The notes below the pieces were generated by a model. The model had not been told where the DNA came from, did not search any database, and was given only the letters and a program-made list of their open reading frames with translations. Both the position numbers and the translations under genes were made by a program. This document shows, piece by piece, positions 11,291-24,326 of a stretch of 64,000 nt of DNA (the first letter of the stretch is position 1; every line of letters starts with the position of its first letter). This DNA comes from Octopus sinensis (Eukaryota): positions 6,510,001-6,574,000 of the forward strand of contig NC_043013.1 of assembly GCF_006345805.1 (NCBI RefSeq). The letters run 5' to 3'.

Positions 11291-12716
11291 CTACATGTTT
11301 TTAAAGAAGTGGATGTGATCAGAATTTTGCACTGGTAGAAGATGGACATCTCCATAGTCCATCGAACTGAGTGGTACCATCGATGTTTTAATATGTTTTA
11401 TTTTACATTCAGGGGAATCAACAATTTTCATTCCAGAAATAATTTTATGTGAAATCAGCTGCGAGAAAACGTAGGCGACATAAAGAAAATGACATGTCGT
11501 ATATATAAAACGAGGCACCTCAAGTTTGATCAGTTCTCGGCCTTTTAGTGGATGGTCATCGGGTAAGCTTTGGGTTGCATGTGTAATTTGACCAAACTCT
11601 GCGCATCGAATACCCCCGATTATATATGCAGCACAAGCTAAAGACCAGGCAGGATAAAACTTTCGACTAAGTTGTGGAAAAGCTTTTTCGGCGTCAATGA
11701 AGATGGTGTTACAACCAATAGGTTCTACAATTGGGACTCCAAATTCCTTCAAGGATTTTTTGAAATATGCTAATTGTTTTTCTCTATAATCTTGGAGCTG
11801 TTCATCCAATGCACTGCGCATGCCTTCTGCTACTATTTCCATGTCTCGGCCAGCCATTCCACCGTAAGTGATGAAACCTGCTTTAAAGGTTATAACATTG
11901 CCCAGTTCTCGAGTCATTTCATCGTCTCGAAGGCAAATGACGCTCCCTATCTCACTTCTTCCGTCTCTTTTAGCAGAAAGGATGCAGCCATCGAAATATG
12001 AGAACATTTCCTGAGATATTTCAACCAATGATTTATTAAAATAGTTTTCTTCGTACATCTTTGTGCGCCAGCAATTCTCACCATACATGCTGCTTTCGAT
12101 ATAGACGGGAATCGAATGTTCTCGACAGAGATCGGAAACTGCTTTCATGTTGGACATACTAACCGGCTGGCCACCAAGATTCTTTGATGGCACATTCATG
12201 ATAACGAAAGAAATTTTTTCTTTATCATTTTGTTTCAGGATATTTCTGAATGCTTTAATATCTAAATTTCCTCCGAAATTCTCATCTGACCAATCCACCA
12301 TAGAAATCGGTTCCGCCTTAATATGCTTTAGATGATTTTCAAGAGTGTAAGTAAACGTATTTCCAATGACTCTGTCTCCAGCTTTTGCGAGATAAGAAGA
12401 GACTATCTCTTCGCTAGTACGTTTAGAAAAAACAGGTAATATATTTTCAAAACCAGAAATGTAGGTGGCGTTGTCCTTCAAAATTTCGAAACTACTTGAT
12501 CCAGCATAGCTTTCATCACCCATCCATAATCTTGAATTTTGTTTAAGACTCAAACCATTAGTACCAGCGTCTGTGAGGAAATCAATCATAACATCTTCAG
12601 GATGTATTTTAAAGACGTTGTAATCAGTTTTCTCGAGGGCAGTCAATCTGTCGTTACGAGTATTGATCTTTATGTTTTCTACGATATGTATTTTAAATGG
12701 TTCGATAAAATCAGAA
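11291..12716 (-). CDS. Tryptophanase/TPL family paralogue B, predicted pseudoenzyme subunit (single large coding exon; needs an upstream exon for its start codon)
   Basis: Uninterrupted frame from DFIEPFKIHIVE (upstream of the called ORF start) through IDFLTDAGT, MGDESYAGS, GGQPVSMSNM, SAKRDG, GFITYGGMAGRDME, IRCAEFG, VPRFIYT to TAG at 11291. Acceptor aacttttcgtttcctttcag ends at 12717. No stops or frameshifts in about 475 codons. Confidence 0.92.
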
Positions 12717-13319
12717 CTGAAAGGAAACGAAAAGTTGACACTATTAAAATCTTCTAAAATGTTAATTGGTAATTAAAAATAATCGACGTCGCTATACAGT
12801 TTATCTATACACAAAAATATGAATTTTCAGTGGGCAGGGGGGTCTTCTATTCAGAATTTATTAAAAAAAACCCCGTTTACATTGTTATTCGCTACCACCC
12901 TGAAAAGTTGTTAATAACATTTACTGTGTAAAATATTAGCCAAGCCCCACTAGACGCTACCAGGAAATAATTGTCGGAGTGCAATAATCTTGAAATGGAA
13001 AGACAGGATGTAAGCAGCAATAAGTAGAACAGCACTAATTTGGATATGGAACTTCTAGACCAAAATCAAAACTCAACAAAAACAAAACACTATATCGACG
13101 GTCAAAAGATTTTTTAGAGTCCAAGCAAGTGGCCATGTCATATACAAGCCCAACATACTGTACAAGACAGTTTCAATTTAAAAGAGCTTAAAATTAAAAT
13201 AATAAATACCGGTTGATCATTTTAATTCATATAATCGACCTCTCTCCTCAAAATTGATGGCCTTGGAACAGAATTAGAAAGAACAGTCAACAACGTTGAC
13301 CTATGACGGACAGTAGAAG

Positions 13320-13500
13320 AAGAAGAAGAAGAAGAAGGAGGAGGAGAAGAAGAAGAAGAAGAAGAAGAAGGAGAAGGAGAAGAAGGAGATGATGATGATG
13401 ATGATGAAGAAGAAGAAGAAGAAGAAGAAGAAGAAGAAGAAGAAGAAGAAGAAGAAGAAGAAGAAGAAGAAGAAGAAGAAGAAGAAGAAGAAGAAGAAGA
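13320..13500. repeat. (GAA)n/(GAG)n/(GAT)n microsatellite
   Basis: Direct inspection; similar tracts at 34620-34755 and 55155-55225. Confidence 0.95.
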
Positions 13501-13752
13501 ATGGATTTTTTAATAAGCTTGTGCTAGCAGACTGCGCTATTTTGGCACACTGGTCAAAATGATTAGCAGCATTTCGTTTATCTTTATGTTCTGGGTTCAA
13601 CTTCAGCTGAAGGGTTGATCTTGTTATTCATCCATTCGGGGGTCAATGAAATAAATACCAGTGATACCTTGTGTCGATGTAATCGACTTCTCCCTCCAAT
13701 CAAAATTGCTGGCATTGTGCCAAAATTAGAAAGGGTTATTAATTAATATTGT

Positions 13753-14052
13753 GGAGGTACATGGGCTAGTGGTTAGAGCAGCAGATTCGCGGTTGAGGGA
13801 TCGCGGGTTCGAATCTCAGACCGGGCGATGTGTGTGTTTATGAGCGAAAACACCTAAACTCCACGCGGCTCCGGCAGAAGGTAATGGCGAACTTCTGCTG
13901 ACTCTTTCCCCACAACTTTCTCTCACTCTTTCCTCCTGCATCTTGCAGCTCACCTGCGACGGACCGGCGTCCCGTCCAGGTGGGAACCTATACGCCAAAG
14001 AAACCGGGAAACTGGCCCTTATGAGCCAGGCGTGGCTCGAGAAGGAACAAAC
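13753..14052 (+). mobile_element. tRNA-derived SINE
   Basis: Head gggctagtggttagagcagc...gggttcgaatctc; shares a 3' tail (ccttatgagcc..gcgtggctcgagaaggaaca) with the 2385 SINE; related copy at 25720-26030 (minus strand). Confidence 0.8.
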
Positions 14053-14406
14053 ATTAATTAATATTAGTATTTATCAGTATTTATTAGCAGTAACAACTAC
14101 AAGGTAGCGAGCTGGCAGAATCGTTAGCACGCCGGACAAGTTGCTGAGCGGCTTTTAGTCCGTCTTTACATTCTGAGTTGCCTCTCAGCCTTTCGGGATG
14201 GATAAAATAAAGTACCAGTCAGGTACTGGGGGTCGATATCATCGACTTACTACCTCTTCCCCAAAATTTCAGCCTTGTGCCTATAATAGAAAAGATTATA
14301 GCTAGCAATAAGCATAAATGCGGTAGACACAATAATTGCTATTAGTAATCTTATCTACTATTACAACGAAAAATATTTTGTCCAAAGAAAGGAACGAACC
14401 AAAAAG

Positions 14407-14485
<79 letters not shown>

Positions 14486-14486
<1 letters not shown>

Positions 14487-17080
14487 CGGAACGAGTGGAG
14501 GGCAAGAACGTAGGGTGGACTTCAGTGCCTACCTACATAGCCTACCACGACTCTCGACAAGAAAGGCAGGGTGCTGCGAAGGTGCCATCACGGCGGCGGA
14601 AGTGCGGGAAGCGATGGCAGAATGCTCGAGGGACAAATCACCGGGTTTGGATGGTCTACCCTACGAGCTTTACAATTGTATGCCAGACTTGTTTGGAGAT
14701 CTCTTGGCGGCGGTGTACTGCAACTGGCAGCAAAACGGGAGCATTCCTGGTTTTGTGAGCCGAGGAGCCGTAACACTGCTGAAGAAAGATCTAACAAGGG
14801 AAATGTAATAGATAACTTTAGGCCCATCACTCTGCTTAATGCAGACTTGAAAATTTTGGCCAAGGTGCTAGCCAAGAGGTTGGCGCTTGTCATCGAGAAA
14901 CTGGTCGACAGGCGCAAACATGCGCCGTGCCAGGCCGGACCATCCATGACAACCTCCATCTGATGCGCTACACATCATAGACAGGGTAGTTAACGAACCT
15001 GGCATGGTGGGGCCCTGATCAACTTGGATCAATCGAAAGCCTTTGATAGGGTAGACCATCGATACTTGGAGGCAGTCCTGAGAGCGGCTGGTTTCGGTCC
15101 CGTCTTCCGCGGCTGGATAGCTGCCTTGTACAGAGGCATCCGTTCGGTAATTCGCGTAAATGGACATCTATCGAGACCTTTCGACATTGCACGTTCGGTC
15201 CGTCAGGGATGCCCCCTCTCTCGCGCTTCTATACGTATTGACTCTTGAGCCACTACTGCGGAAGCTGGCGACTCTAAGGGGCATCCCGCGAGAATTGGGA
15301 TGCGGGACGAGCGTGTCTGCATACGCGGACGACGTCACCGTCATAGTATCTAGCCACGAGCACATCGAGCTGGTCGGCGAGACACTGAAAAACTACGAAG
15401 CGGTGACAGGAGCGAAAATCAACCGGAAAAGTCAGTGGGCTTGCGACTAGGCACCTGGAGAAGCAAGCCCATGCCGTCCCCAGCGCCTCCGTCGTGGGAC
15501 GCTGGACCGACGGCCCGGTTGAGTTGCTCGGGGTCTGGTTCGGTCCGGACCTCCAAGTGGAGAAGAACTGGAACGAGATAACGAGTAGGGTGGTCACTCT
15601 CGCCCGGCAATGGGCGAGAGGAAACTGTCCCTAAAAGGTCGAGCGGAGGTGGCGAACACGTACATCGCGTCCGTCATCTACTACCGCCTGACCGTCGTAC
15701 CTTGTCCCGACCCTACCATCACCAAACTACAACGCATCCTCTTTCGCTCTTGTGGAAAGGATGCGTCCCGATGGTCAGGCGATCCATTTGCTGTCAACAC
15801 CGTTAAAAGGAGGCTGGGCATGCCGTGGTTGATGATGCGCAGACACGCGCTGAGACTGCGACATCTCTGGCTCTATGTAGACGACGGTGAACAGGTGTGG
15901 TCGCCGTTTGTGAGGCACGCTTTCCCGCAGCTCGTCTCCATGACCGAACTGCAGTCGTGGATCAAAAAGAGGCCGAGGAAGGGCGAATGGCACCGCGAGT
16001 GTCGCGTTGCTCTCAAGCAACTCTGCCGTCCTGGGTCGACCTTAAGTGACTTCAACACAACCAAAGCATTCTATAGGGGTTTAGTGGAGGGGAGGTACGA
16101 CGACGAGCTCGGGGCGAACCTGGACGTCGACGAGGAGTACCTGACCCGCCTGTTCGGGACGACTTTCGGCCAGGGCCCATGGACAACTTCCAGAGATCCC
16201 TGGCCTGGCAGTGCTACCGAGAAGCGCTACCCGTTCGGGATAAGCTCTACAGACACGGCTCGAGAAACACGGGGCCGACCTGCCCGAGATGCGGTCAGAG
16301 CGACGAAACCGTTCTGCACGCACTCGTTCAGTGTCCAACAATTCCGACCTGTGGGCTTATGTCGAACAACTGCTGTCACGTGTGGGACGAGTCGGTTTAT
16401 CAGCTGAGTCTATCGTCAATATTGTCACGCCTCCTTCCTTCAAACGGGAAGGAAGAGCTATTTTCATCATCCTTGTGGCTATGGCGAAAGAATGTATCTG
16501 GTGGACGCGTCTGAAAGGATTGGAGACAAACACTTCCTCTCTGGTCAATCTCTCATCAACTTCTTCAAGTACCACTTGAAAAGGAAAGTGAGAGTAGAGA
16601 GGCAAGTTTTGTCTAGCGAATGTTTTAAAAAAAGATGGGTGAATGTAGCAAGAATGGCACGTATGAATGACGAAGCCACCTTGAGCATAGTCCTATGAAC
16701 CCAGAAATCGAAAACAGAGAGTTGCTTATTTGCAAAAAAAAAAAAAAAAAAAAAAAAAGAATATAAAATGTGACTTCATTGACCGAGGTACCGTGGTCTT
16801 TTCCGTAGGCTTTTCTTTCCACGGGTAAACCTCACCTGTCCCCCCCTTTACACTTCATATTGACATTTCTGTGATAACGATCAATTTTTTTTCCTCTCCC
16901 CCTTTTTTTTTTTTTTAACCCCCCCTTTTTTTTGTCCTCTTTCTCTCCTTTTACGATCCCTTTTGATCGAAACTCCCCCTTCCTTTTTCTTTTTTTTTTT
17001 TTTAAACCTTCAAAAGAAAAGCTCTACCTTGTAATTTGTTCTATCTGTGTGCAGCCCTGTGTGGCTAATAAAGAAACATA
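14486..17080 (+). mobile_element. 5'-truncated L1/Tx1-clade LINE, ORF2 (RT and C-terminal CCHC) with frameshifts
   Basis: KSPGLDGLPYELY, RPITLLNADLKILAKVLAKRL, DQSKAFDRVDH, RQGCPLS, AYADDV, CPRCGQSDETVLHALVQC; 3' UTR with aataaa. Confidence 0.92.
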
Positions 17081-17096
17081 TCTATCTATCTGTCTG

Positions 17097-17151
<55 letters not shown>

Positions 17152-17166
17152 GTCTATCTATATATG

Positions 17167-17237
<71 letters not shown>

Positions 17238-17245
17238 GTCTATCC

Positions 17246-17406
17246 AACCCCCCTTTTTTTTGTCCTCTTTCTCTCCTTTTACGATCCCTTTTGATCGAAA
17301 CCCCCCCCTTCCTTTTTTTTTTTTTTTTTAAACCTTCAAAAGAAAAGCTCTACCTTGTAATTTGTTCTATCTGTGTGCAGCCCTGTGTGGCTAATAAAGA
17401 AACATA
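17246..17406 (+). mobile_element. Second copy (about 160 bp) of the Tx1-like LINE 3' end
   Basis: Near-identical to 16917-17080 and flanked by TATC repeats on both sides. Confidence 0.85.
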
Positions 17407-17465
17407 TCTGTCTATCCATCTACCTATCTATTTATCTATCTATCTTATCTAGCTTATTTATCTTA

Positions 17466-17508
<43 letters not shown>

Positions 17509-17581
17509 GCCTGCCTGCTGCTGTCTGTCTGTCTGTTTTGATGAGATCGAATTCAGATATATCACTTCTAAATTGATGTGA

Positions 17582-18778
17582 TATTAAGTTGTCTGGAGAG
17601 TTCTGAGCGTTTTTCAATATGCAAAAAGGGATATAAATATTTGACCTTTCAATAAATTTTATTCTATGAAATAATTTCCTTTATTATTAATGACCTCTGG
17701 CCACCTATCCGGCAATTTAAATATTCCATCAGCATCAAATTTGACTGTCTTTGAAGATGCGTTTTGATTCCCTCTAAATCCTTAAATGTTTTCCCTTTCA
17801 ACGAGTTCTGTAGAGACAAAAACAAGTTGTAGTCTGATGGCACAATATCAGCAGAATATGGTGGATGGGGTAAGAGAACTCAACCAAGTTCATGTAACTT
17901 TGTTCGGGTAGTCAAAGACACATGTGGTCGGACATTATCTTGCTGGAACACTACCTCTTTCCTGTTGGCAATCTCCTGCCTCAATTCTTTGACTTTTTGG
18001 TTTAAGCCAGCTTAAATACAAAGCATAGCTTTTTTGGCGTGGATATTCGTCTTTGGTTGCTGTTTTGGGCCATCCTTACGCAAACTCCATGATCCTTTCC
18101 GTACTACGTTTTCATTCACAATCCATTTTCCATCTCCAGTTAAAAGTTGTTTCAAAAGAGGCATGCTTTCATTCCGTTTCAAAAGCATATCGTAAACGGA
18201 ATACCGGTCCAAGCAATTCTTTTCTGAGAGTTTGTGAGGGACCGATACATTAAAGTGAGAAATGTATCCTAGCTTCACTAGGTGTTCATGAGCCGTACAT
18301 TTAGAAACTTCCAACTCTTCTGCAAGTTTTCTTGTCGTGATATTTGACTTTTCTTCAGTTTTTACCTTCAAAACATCCTCATCTATTTTTGAAGGTCTTC
18401 CACAGCATCTGTCATCTTTCAAGCTAAACTCTCCAGCTTTAAGTTTATCAAACCACCTTCGAACAGTTGATTCACTTACAGAATCATCACCATAAACTTC
18501 ACAAATGTTTTTGCAAGTTTTTGCGGCATTTACTCCTTTTTTTTTTTAAAAAAAAAAGCAACAAAAACATAATAACGCGAATATGAAATTTTTGGTTATC
18601 CATTTTAAATGTCAATAAAGAGCAACCAAAATGAAAGATAAATGCATTTTTAGTCAGGAACAAAGAAAAAATGCACAACCACGCCATAGTTTTAAGTGTG
18701 ATACGTTTCAGGTGTGTTCAATGAAGCGTTAAAAGATTTAGCTTAAAAACACTCAGAACTTACTGGACAGCCTAATAA
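17582..18778 (-). mobile_element. Degenerate mariner (DD34D) transposon with TIRs
   Basis: GRPSKIDED, VPHKLSEKN, LLTGDGKWI, degenerate HPPYSADIVPSDY. TIR-like ends tattaagttgtctggagagttctgag (17582) and ctcagaacttactggacagcctaata (ends 18778). Confidence 0.9.
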
Positions 18779-19178
18779 AAAGACTTACTCTCTCCATTCT
18801 TTTTTCCCCCGTAATTGTAAAAGCTCTACGGATATTTGTGGATTATCAGACAGGTGTTTGATATAACATATAAACTCCTCATTATCTCGCCTGATTGCCG
18901 TTACCCATGGATAAGCTTAATAAGGTAAACTAAGACACAAATGAAATTATTATATATTTATGTACACACACACACACACACACACACACATTCACACACA
19001 CACACACACACACACATTCACAACTGTCTGACGGACGTGAACACGAAACTGAGTTACAGATCTGTGATAATTTTGCAGCTTTAATAAAAAAAATATATTA
19101 CTCTACCTTTGGCATTCGAGTACTATATTTTCTACCTTTTTTTGCACTTATGTGCTTCCCTGAGTGTGTGTGTATGTA

Positions 19179-19215
<37 letters not shown>

Positions 19216-19407
19216 ATACATATTCCCTCCGTCTTCCTTTTCTATTGAACTTTCCCCTGTGTCCTGTTTCTGAAGAAGAGCTTTGCTCGAAGTGTTAAAC
19301 CGCCTTTCTTTCCTTCCCTGAGCGTCTGCTAATACTTTACATGTACCACGCTCTCGCGTTGTTGTTATTTTTGTGTTTGTTCTTCGTTTTTTTTTGGGGG
19401 GGGCATT

Positions 19408-19469
<62 letters not shown>

Positions 19470-19612
19470 TGTGTGTGTGTGTGTGTATAACGGGAAGGTT
19501 TACGAAAATAAACAAAAGACGAAGGCAGGTGGAGTACAAACAAACAATTGTATTAGTATAGCGCTCAGGAACAGAAATAGAAATATATATATATTATATA
19601 TATATAATTATA

Positions 19613-19667
<55 letters not shown>

Positions 19668-19795
19668 AAAAGTTTATGGATGACTAAATTACAACAGGTA
19701 TATAGCCCATTGTTGGTATTATAGTGCATTGTTGTACCATTCAAAACTTCTTATTCTTTACAAACAATACACACTGCTTCAAGCGAACTACAATA

Positions 19796-19858
<63 letters not shown>

Positions 19859-20382
19859 GATGGTTGTCTCTCACGGTCAAAGCAAGATGGTCCTGCGATT
19901 TCAGGCTGAGCAGCTTGCACAAATGATTCGTTTATAGTGATCAATGGTACGTGCTGTACATTAACTCATCTCCGCCACCAAATCAACCTTGTCCTGGCAA
20001 CACATTGTTTTGTGGTTCCTTCGACACCTGGACGTGTACCACACGTCAGGTTTCGAAGGGATGACCGAGCAGTGTTTGAAGAAACGTTTTGCCCAAGAAC
20101 ATAATGCATTACCCGGTCCACGAATTGAAACCACGATCTCGCGATCACTAGAGCAACACTCTAACCACATGGCCATGCGGCTACATGCACATACATAGTG
20201 AGAGAGCATCTCTCATAGTGAGACAGCATCTCTCACAACGCCATCAACGTGATGTTGGGGTATACATATACGAAGCCCCAACTTTACGACGAGTAGTCCA
20301 TCTCGCTAAAAGGTCCCTGAATAAGGGTTGTTTAAGGATGATGAACAAAACACCCATGGTTTGTATGTATGTATGTATGTAC

Positions 20383-20608
20383 GTACGTGGGGTTGCTGAA
20401 AAGTTTTTGGCTTTGAGTAAGCGAAAATGCGGGAGGATCTGTTAATTATGATTTTATTCAACATATTCCTCTCTCAGAGTCATACACTTATTGCCCACTT
20501 ATTCCTTTAGTTTTTCTAAACCCCGGAAAAGAACTCGGGAGGTTGGGCCTTCAAGCAGGCCTTTCGCGATACCCTTAAAACCAGGAACGTTTCAGTACTC
20601 ACTCGCAT
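20383..20608. mobile_element. Mariner-derived MITE
   Basis: Imperfect TIRs tacgtggggttgctgaaaagttttt / aaccaggaacgtttcagtactcactcgca, inserted in (TATG)n. Confidence 0.65.
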
Positions 20609-21165
20609 GTATGTATGTATGTATGTATGTATGTATGTATGTATGTATGTATGTATGTATGTATGTATGTATGTATGTATGTATGCATGTATGTATGTAT
20701 GTATGTATGTATGTATGTATGTATGTATGTATGTGTGTGTATTTATAAAAGTATAAAGAAACTTGGTTACTTACAGGTCAGAGAAGTCCATGGTTTGCGT
20801 CTGTTGATTCTGTTTTGTTTGGGAATACAGGGATGTGTTGGGCTTTTATAGTAGAACGCCTACACGTGGCTATAAATACTGGCAATACTAATGTCATTGT
20901 TGCCTTATTGACGGTGTGGTAGGTATTGGAAAGAGGAGGAGGAGGAGGAGGAGAAAAGCTAAACAAAAGAAAGAGAAGAAAACGAAACCAAAGGAGTCGA
21001 CGGCGACGATGACAACGATGAAGAGAAAGAAGAAAAAGTAACATATGCACGCGCACACACATACACACACAACACACAACTCGGAGACACTCCCCTTTAA
21101 TTTACACGGAGACACCACACAGTATGTATGCGTGTCAAATAGTAGATATACATATTTATGTATGC

Positions 21166-21225
<60 letters not shown>

Positions 21226-21238
21226 TATATATAACATA

Positions 21239-21269
<31 letters not shown>

Positions 21270-21310
21270 GCACACACAAACATACACCCACATCTATCTA
21301 TCTATCTATC

Positions 21311-21360
<50 letters not shown>

Positions 21361-21377
21361 TTATCTGTCTATCTATC

Positions 21378-21430
<53 letters not shown>

Positions 21431-21457
21431 TTATCTGTCTATCTATCTATCTATCTA

Positions 21458-21502
<45 letters not shown>

Positions 21503-21768
21503 GACTGTCTGTCTGTCTGTCTATCTATCTATTTGTATATCATTTATATCCATTTAAAAGGTAAAAAAGATGACCAATTTGTTAATAAAAAAAACGATCA
21601 ACTCCCTAATCTCCATTTTGTTTTCTTCTTTTAAATGGATATAAACTATATGTTTTTTATATACCTATTGTTGTAAAGGAATTTCAACCCCACCAAATAC
21701 GAGGTATTGAACCGGTATTTCTTTGGATTCAACTATCCCTCCACGAGGTTAACATATTCGCTAATTAT

Positions 21769-21853
<85 letters not shown>

Positions 21854-21877
21854 CGGCCATCATATATATATATATAT

Positions 21878-22860
21878 ATGATGGCCGTCCAATCGTGACC
21901 GAGGAAGACCATTGCCGACCTTCAGGAACATTGTGCGCTCTAACTTATATTTTGCATTTGCGGCTCCGTTGGTGGCTAATGAGTCTTGCTCTTGACAAGC
22001 ATACACGACTGCAAACATTGCAGACCAAGCTTTCCCCATTCACTATACGAACCTTGCGCTTTCGGGCAGCTCGTTTAAGTTCTTCATGCTGGAAACGTGC
22101 CCTCTCAAAAGTGTTGATCCCCTCCTTAACCTGCTTCCTCCATCTGTGGCGATGACAGGCATTGTTCTCCCAGTCAGTGTCCTGCATATCAAAGGCCTTT
22201 AACGAGGACTTGACACAGTCCTTAAATCGCAGCCTTGGTTTCTGCCGGAGTCTCCTTCCATTCACAAGTTCTCCATAGAGCATCTGCTTAGGAATCCTGC
22301 TATCCTTCATTCTAATAATGAGTCCAGTCCAACGCAACCGGTGCTTGTGCACCATCGCCTCAATACTCAAGATATCAGCTGTCCTCAGGATCTGTGTGTC
22401 TGGAATTTTTGAGGTCCAGCCAACATTGAGAATGTGTCTGAGACATCTCTGATGAAAATGTTCAAGGACCCTTACCTGACGTTTGTACAGAGTCCATGCC
22501 TCACATGAGTAGAGGAGCGATGTCAGTACACATGAACGGTACACAGCAACTTTTGTTCGTCTTGTGATGCCATGTTGGGACCAGACATGAGACTGAAGAG
22601 ACCGGAAGGAATTAGTTGCTCTCTGCAACCTGAAAGATATTTCCTCACCCAGGGAGCAAGAACGGCTGAGTGTGCTGCCCAGGTAGACAAACTTGTCTAC
22701 TACTTTCAGAATTGTTCCCTCAACCAAGATAGCTGGTTTCATATATGGATTTCCTGGTGCAGGCTGGAACATTACAACAGTCTTGTCCAGGCTAATGCTG
22801 AGTCCAAACGCCCTGCAAGAAGCAGACCTTCTATCTATAAATGCTCTAATATCTACACAG
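21878..22860 (-). mobile_element. RTE-clade LINE, 3' part of ORF
   Basis: KFVYLGSTLS, TKVAVYRSCVLTSLLYSCEAWT, RLRWTG, RIPKQMLYGEL, GRRLRQKPRLRFKD, C2H2 motif CNVCSRVCLSRARLISHQRS. Confidence 0.93.
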
Positions 22861-23026
22861 CCTTGGTTTTTTTTTATCTTATTACGCAAAACAATTCTTA
22901 TATATACACACGCTGACATAGAACCAACGTTGAACCCTTTATTCGCAAAATTACCGTATCTGGAACTTAACCATGTTCTGTCTATAGCACTTATTCACCA
23001 TTACCTGACACCATTATCTCTTATAT

Positions 23027-23077
<51 letters not shown>

Positions 23078-23094
23078 TACTTTATACTTTGATA

Positions 23095-23600
23095 AGTTTC
23101 GGCCATATTGGCCCAGGCCATGTCTAACTTAATAGCACCACCTGGTGAAGTCTTTCAAGTCAGAATTTGGGCACTATGGCCCACTCAAGTAGAGAGTTAT
23201 TGTTTACAGAGACATATCCGGGTGTAGGGGGTTTATCCGGGATTTCTTGAAGGAATCTGTCCAAAGACTTCTTGAACCCTATAGGGTCAGTTTCTGTTTT
23301 AATGTGTTTTGGTGTAATGTTAAAGAGAGCGGGGCCAATTGAGGTGAAATAATTGTGCCGTATTGTTGTTATGAGACGAGAGTGCGATTTTTGTTTTGGG
23401 CGGATGGCACGGGGCCCAAGCCTTGGATGTACCTTAAAGGTGATGCCAACATCATTTGGGCAATGCTGATGGAATATTTTCCACATCATGCAGATGATGT
23501 AGCGCTCACGACGACGTTGGAGAGAATAGAGTTTTAGCTTTTCTAGTCGATCCCAATAGTCGAGACCTGTCATGCCATCTATCTTTTTTGTGATTGCCCT
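23095..23600 (-). mobile_element. CR1/L2-group LINE 3' fragment
   Basis: LDYWDRLEKLKLYSLQRRRERY ... FKKSLDRFLQEIPDKP; conserved 3' stem-loop shared with 51235-51510. Confidence 0.75.
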
Positions 23601-23666
23601 TTGAGGTGCTTCAACTTTTATGATACCTTGTATTGTGTGGGGAGACCACAGTGGACAACAGTATTC

Positions 23667-23750
<84 letters not shown>

Positions 23751-24326
23751 TATATATATACATATACATATTTATGTGTAAACTGTCCTAATATCAAACA
23801 GGATAGAAAGTCGATGACGCCACAGCTACAGGACATTTTATTGAAGCTTATAACAAAGGAAGCGACAGTAATATCACACGTCAACCAATTTAATTCACAC
23901 AAAGCAATAATGTTTCTCACCTGGCTCTAAAATGCCCTTTGTTGAGATTTACGGTTAATATGAGTTGTTTTGTAAAAAAAAAATCATTAAATCATGTATA
24001 ACTGCATATATCTATGTACATATTCATGAACACAATTTCTAGGAAAGAAAACATCGAAATACGCCCAAACACATGTATATACAGGCACAGAAGTGATTCT
24101 GTGGTAGGAAGTTTGTTCTCCAGCCCCATGGTTTCGGGTTCAGTCCCACTGCGTGGCTCCTTGGACAGGTGTCTTCTAATATAGCCTCGAGCCGAGGCTT
24201 CTGCGTAGCTTTGGTAGACGGAAACTGATACAAGCCAGCCGTGTATATATATATATATAATATATATATATATACGAGGGGGGGGAAAGTTCCTTCTCTC
24301 CCTCTCTCTCCTTCTATATATATATA

